Below are positions 16,310 through 25,981 of a stretch of 64,000 bases of DNA, in pieces. Numbering within the stretch: position 1 is the stretch's first letter; the number at the start of each line of letters is the position of its first letter. A program made the translations under genes and the position numbers. Below the pieces are notes generated by a model, which saw only the letters and a program-made list of their open reading frames with translations, was not told the DNA's origin and searched no databases. The stretch is from NCBI GenBank assembly GCA_945875865.1, contig CAMCMF010000002.1, positions 179-64,178 of the forward strand, read 5' to 3'. Origin of the DNA: Rhizobium sp. Q54. Its GTDB lineage: Bacteria; Pseudomonadota; Alphaproteobacteria; Rickettsiales; UBA1997.

Positions 16310-17068
16310 TTAGAATCTTTTATATTGATGAACGCCGCGAAGCGCAATGTTGAAGGTACAAAGCTTGATTGATTGCGGATTGGTAATTTCGGAATGATGC
16401 ACTGTTGCGGTAAGTAATTTTTGCTCATCGGAACTGTAAGCTAAATATTGGTAATCATTTTTATTGTAAGGATGATCTTCGAAATAGATTTCAGTTTCCA
16501 GCTTACCAAACTTGGGATGATAAATATTCATGTTAAGGTGTGGCGCACGTCCTGGATTGGATCCCGGCATGATGGTGATAAAATGGTAATTGCCTAAATT
16601 ATCCGAAATTGCTCGGCCCGACATGTTAAAATATTTGTCAATATATTCGCTGCCCGGCTCAAGCAAAGTGTGATATTTTCCTGCAGCATTAGTTTGCCAA
16701 ATTTGAATGATTGCGCCTTGAATCGGCACCCCAAAAGAATCGCTAACTGTACCTTGCACAAAAATAACTTCACCGAAAGCGCGATAAAATGAGCCAACTT
16801 TTTTAACTAAATTATTGGTGGTTCCAAAAATATCCGGCGTTGACAAATCGGCCGTAAAAAAACGTGATGGAGTTGGATTTTGTGGATTAAAAAATCGCGG
16901 AGATTCTTTGGCGTAATCATTTATAACATCGCCCTTCACATCAACAAAATCAGGAGATGGAGCCTCTTCTACGGCCGTCTGATTAGAATAACTTTCTTTT
17001 GTCGCATCATCCTCCGCGAAGGCTAGATTCGCGAAAAAAAATAGAGTTAAAAAAATTATTCTGATCAT
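16310..17068 (-). CDS. Secreted intradiol ring-cleavage dioxygenase-like protein (PcaH-like fold)
   Basis: Signal peptide MIRIIFLTLFFFANLAFA. IWQTNAAGKYH, GNYHFITIMPG and GRAPHLNMNIY resemble protocatechuate 3,4-dioxygenase beta-subunit blocks. The usual HxH reads HLN. Confidence 0.65.
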   Translation of the reverse strand: MIRIIFLTLFFFANLAFAEDDATKESYSNQTAVEEAPSPDFVDVKGDVINDYAKESPRFFNPQNPTPSRFFTADLSTPDIFGTTNNLVKKVGSFYRAFGEVIFVQGTVSDSFGVPIQGAIIQIWQTNAAGKYHTLLEPGSEYIDKYFNMSGRAISDNLGNYHFITIMPGSNPGRAPHLNMNIYHPKFGKLETEIYFEDHPYNKNDYQYLAYSSDEQKLLTATVHHSEITNPQSIKLCTFNIALRGVHQYKRF

Positions 17069-17071
17069 GAA

Positions 17072-17641
17072 TTAAACTTTTGGTAAAGTGACTCCAGTTT
17101 GTTTCATATATTTCCCGTCACGCATGTCGTAGGAAATTTCGCAAGGTTGGTCGCCTTTTAAAAACAAGAATTGGCAGGCGCCCTCGAAAGCATAAATTTT
17201 TGCTGGCAGAGGAGTGGTATTAGAAAATTCTAGCGTCACGTGACCTTCCCAACCTGGCTCCAAAGGCGTAACATTCACAATAATTCCGCAACGCGCATAA
17301 GTTGATTTGCCAACACAAATTACTAGCACATCTTTTGGAATACGAAAATATTCCACAGTGCGCGCTAGAGCGAAGCTGTTTGGCGGAATGATACAAACAT
17401 CAGTAGTGCGATTTACAAAACTAGTTTCGCAAAAATTTTTCGGATCAACAATCGCAGAATCAATATTAGTAAAAATTTTAAATTCGTTAGAAACCCGCGC
17501 ATCATAGCCATAAGATGAGTTTCCGTAAGAAACGATTTTATTTCCATTGTCGTCAATTTTAATTTGGTTGGCAGCAAATGGCTCAATCATGCCCTGCTTT
17601 GTTGCAAGTTCGGCAATCGATTTATCAGATAAAATAGTCAT
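17072..17641 (-). CDS. dcd: dCTP deaminase
   Basis: MTILSDKSI start, then [24 protein letters not shown] and GKYMKQ blocks. The start was moved to ATG 17641 (the track start 17674 adds 11 aa). Confidence 0.92.
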   Translation of the reverse strand: MTILSDKSIAELATKQGMIEPFAANQIKIDDNGNKIVSYGNSSYGYDARVSNEFKIFTNIDSAIVDPKNFCETSFVNRTTDVCIIPPNSFALARTVEYFRIPKDVLVICVGKSTYARCGIIVNVTPLEPGWEGHVTLEFSNTTPLPAKIYAFEGACQFLFLKGDQPCEISYDMRDGKYMKQTGVTLPKV

Positions 17642-17799
17642 AAAAATATTGGAAATTCGGGGCCTGTCCGCCATAGCTCAAAAGAGCGACGGCGGATCAT
17701 GTTTTTGCAAAATTAAAAGTAAGTTATGCTTGTAAGAAGAGAGGGTGGTTTTTAAAAACGAAAACTGAAAAAAACAAATTTAATTACCAATTCATTTCC

Positions 17800-19542
17800 A
17801 TGCACGACATCTCCTACCTCCACGATATTCTAATTCTTCTATTCGCTTCCGTTGCCATCATCATTGTTTTTAAACAATTGGGATTGAGCCCTGCCCTTGG
17901 TTATCTGGTTGCCGGCGCTGCAATTGGTCCATTTGGTTTTGGAGTTTTAACCAGCACAGAAACCACTCAATCAATCGCTGAACTTGGGGTAGTATTTTTA
18001 CTTTTCGCCATCGGACTTGAACTAACTTTTAGTCGACTTGCCGCGATGCGTAAATTCGTTTTGGGATTTGGCGGATTACAAGTTTTATTTACCAGTGCGC
18101 TAATTTCCTTTATCTGCTATCGCTTCATGCATTTAGCGCCCGATGTTTCAATCATCATCGGTAGCGCTCTGGCGATGTCTTCAACTGCCATCGTGATGCA
18201 AGTAATTGCTGAACATGCTGAACAATCAACTCGCGTTGGTCGCCTCTCTTTTTCAATTTTATTGATGCAGGATTTAGCGGTGATTCCGATTTTAGTTTTG
18301 TTGCCACTTCTTTCTAAAGCTGATTTAGATATCGGTCACGCACTTGGTGGGGCCTTGCTAAACGCGGTCATCGCCATGGCAGTTATTTTTGCTGTTGGTC
18401 GTCTTTTATTGCGTCCGCTTTATCGTTTAATCGCTGAATCGCAAAGCGAAGTTTTATTTTTAAGTCTAACTTTAATCGTAATTTTAGGCTCCGCTTTTTT
18501 AAGCAGCAGCATGGGATTATCCTTTGCCCTTGGCGCCTTCATCGCTGGTTTGATGGTTGCAGAAACTGAATATAAATATCGCGTCGAAGAGGAAATTCTT
18601 TCGCTAAAATCTTTGCTGCTGGGATTATTTTTTATGACGATTGGCATGTCATTTGATTTCGATTTATTGCTGCGCAGCTTGCCTTACATCATCCTCGCTT
18701 CATTTGCTCTCATCGCTTTAAAAACCAGCATCATCATTGGCCTGTGTAAACTTTTTCGTTTTCCAATGGCGCCAGCAATTCATGCCGGATTATTACTTTC
18801 GCAAGGCGGCGAATTTGCCTTTGTAGTATTTTTAATGGCAGTGGAACAAAAATTAATGGATGTCGATACTTCACAATTTTTAATGACATTAGTCACTTTC
18901 ACCATGGCTCTGACACCAATGTTGGCAACGCTGGGACGTAAAATAAAATCACGCATCTACATCAAAGAAGTTTTGCACGACAATAAAATTAAAAGAGAAA
19001 TCGGCGATATTGAAAAACATATTATTGTCATCGGATTTTCTAAAGTTGGACGCATCGTCACTTACATTTTGCGCAAACGCGGCATTCATTACGTAACTTT
19101 GGAAAATAATCATCGCGTAGTTCGCATCGAAAAAAGTAACGGCTACAACATCTATTACGGCGATGCGATGAATCTCGATATTCTGCGCTACATTGGGGTT
19201 GATCGTTGCGAATCAGTTGTGGTGGCAATGGAAGATGAAACCGCTTGCATGTCGATCACGCGCTTCATTCACGAAAATTTCCCGCATGTTTCGGTGATCA
19301 CAAAATCAGAAACCATCAACAATGCCGATCGCTTCAAAAAAGTCGGCGCTAGTTATGTTGTATCAAAAAATCTGGAAACTGGTTTGCAACTAAGCCATGC
19401 CGCCCTAGCTTCAATCGGCACTAGCAGCAATGAAATTACCAGCGCGCTGAATGCATTTCGCGAGATTAATACTGAGGTGATTAAGGATATTATGATGTTT
19501 GATGATGGGGTGAAGGCTTCGGAGATTTTGGAGAAGAAGTAG
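17800..19542 (+). CDS. CPA2 monovalent cation:proton antiporter with C-terminal TrkA-N (RCK) domain, KefB/KefC-like
   Basis: 580 aa. About 12 TM segments (GYLVAGAAIGPFG, LLFAIGLELT), then a Rossmann-like region IIVIGFSKVGR. Confidence 0.9.
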   Translation: MHDISYLHDILILLFASVAIIIVFKQLGLSPALGYLVAGAAIGPFGFGVLTSTETTQSIAELGVVFLLFAIGLELTFSRLAAMRKFVLGFGGLQVLFTSALISFICYRFMHLAPDVSIIIGSALAMSSTAIVMQVIAEHAEQSTRVGRLSFSILLMQDLAVIPILVLLPLLSKADLDIGHALGGALLNAVIAMAVIFAVGRLLLRPLYRLIAESQSEVLFLSLTLIVILGSAFLSSSMGLSFALGAFIAGLMVAETEYKYRVEEEILSLKSLLLGLFFMTIGMSFDFDLLLRSLPYIILASFALIALKTSIIIGLCKLFRFPMAPAIHAGLLLSQGGEFAFVVFLMAVEQKLMDVDTSQFLMTLVTFTMALTPMLATLGRKIKSRIYIKEVLHDNKIKREIGDIEKHIIVIGFSKVGRIVTYILRKRGIHYVTLENNHRVVRIEKSNGYNIYYGDAMNLDILRYIGVDRCESVVVAMEDETACMSITRFIHENFPHVSVITKSETINNADRFKKVGASYVVSKNLETGLQLSHAALASIGTSSNEITSALNAFREINTEVIKDIMMFDDGVKASEILEKK

Positions 19543-19688
19543 GTGGGAGTTTGTTGAGCTAGCCGTGCGGCGCTCTAACCGAATTTAACTTTACCAGCCG
19601 TGCTTCGCCTAAAAGGCTACGCAGGGCATGCTTCGCTCTAACGATCTCCTGCATGGCTTCGCCATGCGTAGCTCGCAAGAGCGAAGCA

Positions 19689-19766
19689 TGGTCGGGGCGG
19701 AGAGATTCGAACTCCCGACCCCCTGGTCCCAAACCAGGTGCGCTAGCCAGACTGCGCTACGCCCCG
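19689..19766 (-). tRNA. tRNA-Pro (anticodon UGG), CCA encoded
   Basis: The reverse complement CGGGGCGTAGCGCAGTCTGGCTAGCGCACCTGGTTTGGGACCAGGGGGTCGGGAGTTCGAATCTCTCCGCCCCGACCA folds as a cloverleaf. It has a 7-bp acceptor stem, GCGC/GCGC D stem, CCTGG/CCAGG anticodon stem with loop TTTGGGA, and a GTTCGAAT T-loop. Confidence 0.95.
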
Positions 19767-19869
19767 ACAATATTTTTCTTGAAAGGAAAAAGTTTGAAAA
19801 GAAAAGTGATTACGCATCTTTCTTAAAAAGAGGCGCGCATAAAAATCTTAACACCAAGAAAAGTCAACC

Positions 19870-20154
19870 ATGAAAATAGTATCACTCACAAAAATCCTCA
19901 CGATCTCCGCAATTTTTTTTAGCTTTAGCTCTGCTTATGCTTGGACGGGCTATGATTATGATAATAAAACCGAAGTAGAAATCGGCGAAGGAAACTTGGT
20001 TCGCGAAGGATCGTTAATTCAATTTTACGATTCCAAAGCTGATAATTATCACACGGCAAAAGTTTTATTTGTGGATTCAATTGCCGGCGGCACTCGAATT
20101 CAGCTGCAGGATTTGGACGCTAAAAAAGAGCGTACCTTAGTCATGCAGAATTAA
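19870..20154 (+). CDS. Small secreted hypothetical protein
   Basis: 94 aa with signal peptide MKIVSLTKILTISAIFFSFSSAYA. No recognisable family. Confidence 0.5.
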   Translation: MKIVSLTKILTISAIFFSFSSAYAWTGYDYDNKTEVEIGEGNLVREGSLIQFYDSKADNYHTAKVLFVDSIAGGTRIQLQDLDAKKERTLVMQN

Positions 20155-20159
20155 GGCCT

Positions 20160-21152
20160 CTACTTACCAGAATACCAAATCACGGTTTCCTTCAATCTCT
20201 CCGCAAAACTCTTTGTTGGTTTAAAACCAAATTCTTTTGCAACTTTTGCATTATCAATCGCATAGCGCTGATCATGTCCCAAGCGATCTTGCACAAACTT
20301 GATTTGTTCGCTGTAAGATTTTTTTGCCGGTTTTAAATCATCCAAAATCGCGCAAATTTCATAGGCCAAATCGATATTTCTTTTTTCGCAATCACCGCCA
20401 AAGCAATAGCTTTGCCCTACTCTTCCTTGAGTTAGTGCCTGATAAATTCCATCGACGTGATCTTTTACAAAAATCCAGTCGCGAATATTTTCGCCATTAC
20501 CATAAATCGGGATGTCTTTTCCCGCTAAGGCGCAACGAATAATAGTTGGGATTAATTTTTCCTGATGCTGATGCGGGCCAAAATTATTTGAGCAATTTGT
20601 GATAATTGTTGGCAATCCATAAGTTTCAAACCAAGCGCGCACCAAATGGTCGGAAGAGGCTTTTGACGCGGAATAAGGAGAGTTGGGACGATAAGAAGAT
20701 TCTTCAGTAAATTTCGGATCATTTTTTTCCAGCGAGCCAAAAACTTCATCAGTTGAAATATGCAAAAAACGAAATTCTTTTTGCTGATCTGAATTAAGAC
20801 TTTTCCAATATTGCAAAGCGCAATTCAACATATTGTAGGTGCCAACGATATTGGTTTCAATAAAAGCGCCAGGAGAAGAAATCGAATTATCCACATGTGA
20901 TTCAGCAGCGAAATTGACTATGGAATCTATTTTTTGACCAGACAAAATCTCGCTCACAATATTGGCATCGCAAATATTTCCTTTTACGAATTTGAACGAT
21001 TTAGAATTTTTTATTTGGTTTAAATTTTCTAAATTTCCAGCATAGCTCAAACTATCTAAAACTATGGCTTCATCGCCAAGTTCACAAATTTTGATAGCAA
21101 AGTGACTGCCGATAAATCCAGCGCCGCCAGTTATTAAATATTTTTTTGACAT
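20160..21152 (-). CDS. rfbB: dTDP-glucose 4,6-dehydratase
   Basis: MSKKYLITGGAGFIGSH, ESHVDNSI, HISTDEVFG and YSASKASSDHLV motifs. The start is set at ATG 21152; the longer track ORF would overlap rfbA. Confidence 0.95.
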   Translation of the reverse strand: MSKKYLITGGAGFIGSHFAIKICELGDEAIVLDSLSYAGNLENLNQIKNSKSFKFVKGNICDANIVSEILSGQKIDSIVNFAAESHVDNSISSPGAFIETNIVGTYNMLNCALQYWKSLNSDQQKEFRFLHISTDEVFGSLEKNDPKFTEESSYRPNSPYSASKASSDHLVRAWFETYGLPTIITNCSNNFGPHQHQEKLIPTIIRCALAGKDIPIYGNGENIRDWIFVKDHVDGIYQALTQGRVGQSYCFGGDCEKRNIDLAYEICAILDDLKPAKKSYSEQIKFVQDRLGHDQRYAIDNAKVAKEFGFKPTKSFAERLKETVIWYSGK

Positions 21153-21169
21153 TATAAATTTTACTAAAA

Positions 21170-22063
21170 ATGAAAGGAATTTTACTTGCCGGAGGAAGCG
21201 GCACCAGACTCGCGCCACTTACCAATCTTATCAGTAAACAACTTTTACCAGTTTACGATAAACCGCTTATTTGCTATCCACTAGCAACTTTGATGAACCT
21301 GAATATCCGCGACATCCTTATAATTTCAACTCCTAACGACACGCCAAAAATTCGCGATTTTTTGAAAGATGGTTCGGATTTAGGAATTAAACTTTCTTAT
21401 GCAGTACAAGATCAGCCAAAAGGAATCGCCGAAGCTTTTATAATCGGCAAAGATTTTATCGGCGACGACGCTGTTTGTCTGATTCTAGGCGATAATATTT
21501 TTTACGGCTCAGAAGTGAGTGGACATTATAATGAGCTACAGCAAAAAATAAAAAAGATTGAGGCCAAAGAAGATATTGGCGCACTAGTATTTACTTATCA
21601 CGTTTCCGATCCTGAAAGATATGGAGTCATCAATTTTGATGAAAATGACAAAGTTATTGAAATCGAAGAAAAACCAAAATTCCCCAAATCACATTTTGCC
21701 GTAACCGGTCTTTATATTTACAATTCAGAAGTTGTTGAAATTGCTAAAAACCTAAAACCTTCAGACCGCGGCGAACTTGAAATTACCGATATCAATAAAG
21801 CCTATTTAAGCCAAAATAAACTTGATGTTATAAAGTTAAAACGCGGCTTCGCCTGGCTTGACGCCGGAACTCCTGACTCACTTCTTGATTCAGCAACCTT
21901 CATTCACACTATTGAAAAAAGACAAGGTCTAAAAATTGCCTGCCTTGAAGAAATTTCTTATCGCAAAGGCTTCATCACCAAAGAACAATTTGAAAATCTA
22001 GTTTCGCGCTACAGCAAAAATTGTGATTACAGAAAATATTTAGATCATGTCACAAAATTCTAA
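21170..22063 (+). CDS. rfbA: Glucose-1-phosphate thymidylyltransferase
   Basis: [35 protein letters not shown] and ERYGV blocks. Confidence 0.96.
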   Translation: MKGILLAGGSGTRLAPLTNLISKQLLPVYDKPLICYPLATLMNLNIRDILIISTPNDTPKIRDFLKDGSDLGIKLSYAVQDQPKGIAEAFIIGKDFIGDDAVCLILGDNIFYGSEVSGHYNELQQKIKKIEAKEDIGALVFTYHVSDPERYGVINFDENDKVIEIEEKPKFPKSHFAVTGLYIYNSEVVEIAKNLKPSDRGELEITDINKAYLSQNKLDVIKLKRGFAWLDAGTPDSLLDSATFIHTIEKRQGLKIACLEEISYRKGFITKEQFENLVSRYSKNCDYRKYLDHVTKF

Positions 22064-23501
22064 GCCGGAAGAAGCGCTAAAATTAATCGAAAATAATCTT
22101 CGCGCCGCTTTCGCTGATATAAGAAATCGTAATCATGTTGTAGATACACTGAAAATAGATGAAGAATGCCAGGAAATCGGGCGCAAGCTTATGGTGAATC
22201 ACCTAGGAAATTCGCCAGCAAAAGGCGGATTAAACAAAAAACTAAATATATATATTTCCGCCGAAATTTATCTTGTCGGCGGACATACTAGAGAGATCGA
22301 GGATTGGATAAAAGATACTTACAAGGATAGAGAAAATATCATAATTCTCAGCGGCTTAATGAGAAAAAGCCAAAAAGAAGAATTAGAAAAACTCGCATCA
22401 GAAAATATTAAAATTATCGGAACCAACGAAGTCAGTTTGGTAAAAAGAATCGAGTGGCTACAAAACTTACTGAGAGAATTAAATCCTGACGTAATTTTCG
22501 TTTCGACAACTCCATTTGACGTTGTGGCTCTAGCTACTATTCAGCCAGAACTAGTAAATAAATTATATTGGAATTTAAGCCTTGATTGTAGCATCAGCAT
22601 CGGACTTCACCTCAAAGGAATAACTAAAATTATCGTCAAAAGACCTTACATATATTTTTATTTCAGAGAATTTTTAAAGCTAAAAAACCTCGTCTATATT
22701 CCCTTCAATCGCCCCGATTCGATAGGACAATTAGATCATTATGTTTCTAACGACAGACAAAAGAAAATCATAACCGCTTCCTGCGCTTCAGCTCATTATA
22801 AAATAGAAACTTGCTACGCCCATAAATTCACCAGCGTCATTCCTAATATTTTAAAAATTACCGGCGGCACACATATTCACATCGGCGCAATATCAGAAGC
22901 TGGCCTTAAAGATCTCTATTCTAATATGGATAATCTTGGTGTAAGCAGAGGTAAATTTATTTTGATTAAACGCGTTGAAAGACTTGCAAAATTCTTGCAT
23001 GAAAATGATGTCGATATCCTGATTCAAACTTTCCCATTCGGTGGTGGGCTTGTAAGCGTAGAAGCCATGGAAGCAGGAAAAATGATCATCAATCACAAAA
23101 ATTATAGCAGCTATTTGTTAACTCCTTCTGATTTTTGCTATGAGGAATCCTTGAGCTGGAGCAATCCAGATGAGCTATATGAATATCTAAAAAAATTGGA
23201 CAGAGATGAGATTGTTCGTCAAAGCAAAATCTCTAGAAACTTTTACGAGAAGCATAATAAATCGGAAAATCTGCGTAAAATCTGCGATTTAGAAAATATG
23301 AGCGGCATCAATATTGACGACAAAAAAGAGGCTATTGATGAAATGTTTCACTATAAAATTGATCATTATCAAAAATATCTCGACGAGCTAGAACTTAGTA
23401 AAATAAAAAATCCGCGAAAATCTTTGGCCAAAAGATTATATAACAGCGTAAAGAAAAGAATTCCTTACATCAAAAAAAATCAAAATGAGCGACCTGATTA
23501 A
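22047..23501 (+). CDS. Hypothetical protein, possible GT-B-fold glycosyltransferase
   Basis: 484 aa. Only the C-terminal block [22 protein letters not shown] resembles the GT-B donor-binding motif. It overlaps rfbA by 17 bp and fdtA by 17 bp. Confidence 0.35.
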   Translation: MSQNSKPEEALKLIENNLRAAFADIRNRNHVVDTLKIDEECQEIGRKLMVNHLGNSPAKGGLNKKLNIYISAEIYLVGGHTREIEDWIKDTYKDRENIIILSGLMRKSQKEELEKLASENIKIIGTNEVSLVKRIEWLQNLLRELNPDVIFVSTTPFDVVALATIQPELVNKLYWNLSLDCSISIGLHLKGITKIIVKRPYIYFYFREFLKLKNLVYIPFNRPDSIGQLDHYVSNDRQKKIITASCASAHYKIETCYAHKFTSVIPNILKITGGTHIHIGAISEAGLKDLYSNMDNLGVSRGKFILIKRVERLAKFLHENDVDILIQTFPFGGGLVSVEAMEAGKMIINHKNYSSYLLTPSDFCYEESLSWSNPDELYEYLKKLDRDEIVRQSKISRNFYEKHNKSENLRKICDLENMSGINIDDKKEAIDEMFHYKIDHYQKYLDELELSKIKNPRKSLAKRLYNSVKKRIPYIKKNQNERPD

Positions 23502-23892
23502 TTTAATTAAATTCGATGTAAAAGGCGATGATCGAGGAAGCTTGATCGCCTTGGAAAACAACAAAAATATCCCCTTCGATATCAAGAGAGTTTATTATAT
23601 TTTTGATACTAAGGAAAGCGTCAGAAGAGGCTTTCACGCTCATTTGAAGCTACAGCAGGTTTTGATTTGTGTAAAAGGCAGCTGCAAAATTTTACTCGAT
23701 GACGGAAAGCAAAAAAACATCGCCACACTAGCTTCTCCAGATAGCGGCCTGGTGATAGAAAATAATATTTGGCGTGAAATGTATGACTTCTCAGCAGATT
23801 GTGTTTTGCTGGTTTTGGCGAGTGAGCTTTATGACGAAAAAGATTACATCCGCGATTATCAGGAGTTTTTGGCTTATGTTAACAAACCATAA
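23485..23892 (+). CDS. fdtA: dTDP-4-keto-6-deoxyglucose 3,4-ketoisomerase (FdtA/WxcM-like cupin)
   Basis: 135 aa, colinear with FdtA. Shared blocks: DDRGSLIALENNKNIPFDIKRVYYIFDT, RGFHAHLKLQQVLICVKGSC, YDFSADCVLLVLAS. Confidence 0.9.
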   Translation: MSDLINLIKFDVKGDDRGSLIALENNKNIPFDIKRVYYIFDTKESVRRGFHAHLKLQQVLICVKGSCKILLDDGKQKNIATLASPDSGLVIENNIWREMYDFSADCVLLVLASELYDEKDYIRDYQEFLAYVNKP

Positions 23893-23903
23893 TTCTAACT
23901 CAA

Positions 23904-23931
23904 TTGTCACCCCGTCATTCGACGGTGACAA
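23904..23931. repeat. Solo arm of the family B palindromic repeat (copy B4), bidirectional terminator-like hairpin
   Basis: ttgtcaccccgtcattcgacggtgacaa lies between the convergent fdtA and aminotransferase genes. It matches the arms of B1-B3. Confidence 0.7.
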
Positions 23932-23941
23932 TTAGAAGACG

Positions 23942-25039
23942 TTAAGAATAATCATTAAGCGCATTAACAACCTGCTCTATTTCGCTTTCGCTAATCACAC
24001 CGCTAATCGGCAGGCTTAAAATCTGATCATGGATTTTATCAAAACTAAATTCGGTTTTAGAAAATAAGTTTTGGTAACAAGGCTGCTTATAAAAAGGCTT
24101 GGGATAATGAATCAAACTAGTAATTCCGCGCTGCTCTAAAAACTTCTGCAACTCATCTCTTTTTTCGCAACGAATCACAAATAAATGCCAAACATGCGAA
24201 GCCTGGTTTTGCGAAATATTTGGCAGAATTATTTTGGAATTCTTGATGCGCGCAGAATATTCCAACGCCACTTTTCTTCTGCGATTATTATCCAAATCGA
24301 GATAAGGCAACTTAACTCGTAATATCGCAGCCTGCACCTCATCAAGTCGCGAATTGAAACCTATCTCATCATTAAAATATTTTTTCTGTGATCCGTAATT
24401 TCTGAGAATTTTTATTTTATGCGCCAGTTTTTCATCATCAGTTGTGATGCATCCGCCATCGCCAATCGCGCCTAAATTTTTTCCCGGATAAAAACTAAAA
24501 CCCGAAGCAATTCCAAAGGATCCGGCTTTTTTGCCATTCAAATCACAAGCGCCGTGAGATTGCGCGCAGTCTTCAACGACATGAAGATTAAACTTTTTTG
24601 CAATTTCCATTATCGCTTCCATATCGCACAAGCTGCCGTAAAGATGAACCGGCATAATTGCCTTGGTTTTTTTGGTGATGCTTTGAGCGATTCTTGCCGG
24701 ATCGATGTTGTAAGTTTTAGGATCAGATTCGACAGCAACCGGAATTGCACCAACGTGAGAAACCGCAAGCGCTGTTGCGATATAAGTGTTTGATGGAACA
24801 AGAACTTCATCACCCTCACCGATTCCTAAAGCGCGCAAAATTAATGAAAGAGCATTGAGTCCATTATCAACGCCGATGCTATATTTTACGCCGCAATATT
24901 TGGAAAATTCTTCCTCGAATTTTTCAACTTCCTCACCGAGTATGTAGTGACCAGAATCGATAACACGATTTACTGCCGCCTTTATTTCATCAGCGTGAAT
25001 AGAGTTAACCAATTTTAGGTTCAGGAATTCAACTTTCAT
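23942..25039 (-). CDS. DegT/DnrJ/EryC1-family PLP sugar aminotransferase (FdtB/QdtB-like, dTDP-3-amino-3,6-dideoxyhexose forming)
   Basis: MKVEFLNLK start, [17 protein letters not shown], and [16 protein letters not shown] with the PLP lysine. Adjacent to fdtA. The start is set at ATG 25039; the track extension runs into repeat B1. Confidence 0.85.
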   Translation of the reverse strand: MKVEFLNLKLVNSIHADEIKAAVNRVIDSGHYILGEEVEKFEEEFSKYCGVKYSIGVDNGLNALSLILRALGIGEGDEVLVPSNTYIATALAVSHVGAIPVAVESDPKTYNIDPARIAQSITKKTKAIMPVHLYGSLCDMEAIMEIAKKFNLHVVEDCAQSHGACDLNGKKAGSFGIASGFSFYPGKNLGAIGDGGCITTDDEKLAHKIKILRNYGSQKKYFNDEIGFNSRLDEVQAAILRVKLPYLDLDNNRRRKVALEYSARIKNSKIILPNISQNQASHVWHLFVIRCEKRDELQKFLEQRGITSLIHYPKPFYKQPCYQNLFSKTEFSFDKIHDQILSLPISGVISESEIEQVVNALNDYS

Positions 25040-25062
25040 GATTTTATAAATTTTAAAAAAAA

Positions 25063-25147
25063 AGATGGACCCCGTCATGCGACGGGGTGACAACTTTTGT
25101 AGATACTCACTCAATCTTGTCACCCCGTCGCATGACTGGGTCCATCT
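25063..25147. repeat. Family B palindromic repeat, copy B1 (~85 bp, ~30-bp inverted arms)
   Basis: agatggaccccgtcatgcgacggggtgaca ... tgtcaccccgtcgcatgactgggtccatct. Each arm also self-folds (ccccgtc-atgc-gacgggg). Confidence 0.9.
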
Positions 25148-25153
25148 TTCTAA

Positions 25154-25981
25154 CTATTTATTCAAAAGATATTCCCGCAAAGCACTTTCCCAACTGCACA
25201 AAATATTATTATTTTCCATCGCTGAAAATTTAGGACGCATAGCCGGACGAGGAAATTCTTGAGTTGAAACCGGTGTCACTTCAACATCAATTTCAAGAAT
25301 CTCAAAAATCTTGTTAGCCAGTCCAAACCAGCTCGTAACACCGCTTCCGCACAGATGATAAATTCCAAACGGAGATTTTTTTTCGATCAAATTTTTAATG
25401 CCATTGGCCAAATCAACGCTCCAGGTTGGACAGCCAAATTGATCATTCACAACTCTTAGCGACTTCTGATTTTTTGAAATATTGATCATGGTATCGACAA
25501 AATTTTTGCCGTATTTTCCGTAGAGCCAACTTGTTCTAACTATGTAGTGATGAGGATTTTCTTTTCTAATATTCTCTTCGCCAGCAAGCTTTGAAGCACC
25601 GTAAACATTGATTGGATTCGTAACATCATCAGTCAAATAAGGCGTAGTTTTTTTTCCATCAAAAACATAATCAGTGCTGATATAAATTAACGGAATTGCT
25701 TTTTCATTTGCAGCGATTGCCACATTTTTTGTACCTTCAGCATTAACTAAAAAAGCCAGCTCACGATTGGTTTCCGCATCATCAACTTTGGTGTAAGCCG
25801 CAGCGTGCAAAACAAAGCCGATTTTATTTTGAGAGAAATATTTTTTAACCGCATCGAGACTCGTAACATCTAAATCAGATTTTCCCGCTTTCAAAACTTC
25901 ATAACCAGAATTAGCAAAAACTATAGCAGCATCTTGCCCCAACATGCCATTTGCGCCAGTAATGAGAAGGGTTTTTTTCAT
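25154..25981 (-). CDS. rfbD: dTDP-4-dehydrorhamnose reductase
   Basis: 275 aa. LLITGANGMLG, YGASKLAGE and a typical RmlD length and layout. Confidence 0.92.
   Translation of the reverse strand: MKKTLLITGANGMLGQDAAIVFANSGYEVLKAGKSDLDVTSLDAVKKYFSQNKIGFVLHAAAYTKVDDAETNRELAFLVNAEGTKNVAIAANEKAIPLIYISTDYVFDGKKTTPYLTDDVTNPINVYGASKLAGEENIRKENPHHYIVRTSWLYGKYGKNFVDTMINISKNQKSLRVVNDQFGCPTWSVDLANGIKNLIEKKSPFGIYHLCGSGVTSWFGLANKIFEILEIDVEVTPVSTQEFPRPAMRPKFSAMENNNILCSWESALREYLLNK

Noticed and set aside
19628-19873. Track ORF of 81 aa.
   Set aside because: It overlaps tRNA-Pro on the opposite strand and the GC-rich hairpin region. There is no coding support.
19543-20160. Looked for an integrase, phage or att duplication at the tRNA-Pro border of the glycan locus.
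   Set aside because: No integrase-like ORF and no visible duplicate of the tRNA 3' end in the window. Island status therefore remains an inference only.
20160-21218. Long form of rfbB (352 aa) starting at 21218.
   Set aside because: The extension ([22 protein letters not shown]) overlaps the rfbA start on the other strand and precedes the conserved Rossmann N-terminus. ATG 21152 was chosen.
25040-25262. Track ORF 25065-25262, and the N-terminal extensions of the 23942-25123 and 29075-30088 ORFs (MDPVMRRGD..., [18 protein letters not shown]...).
   Set aside because: These are translations of family B palindromic repeats on either strand. Conserved protein N-termini begin at ATG 25039 and ATG 29177.
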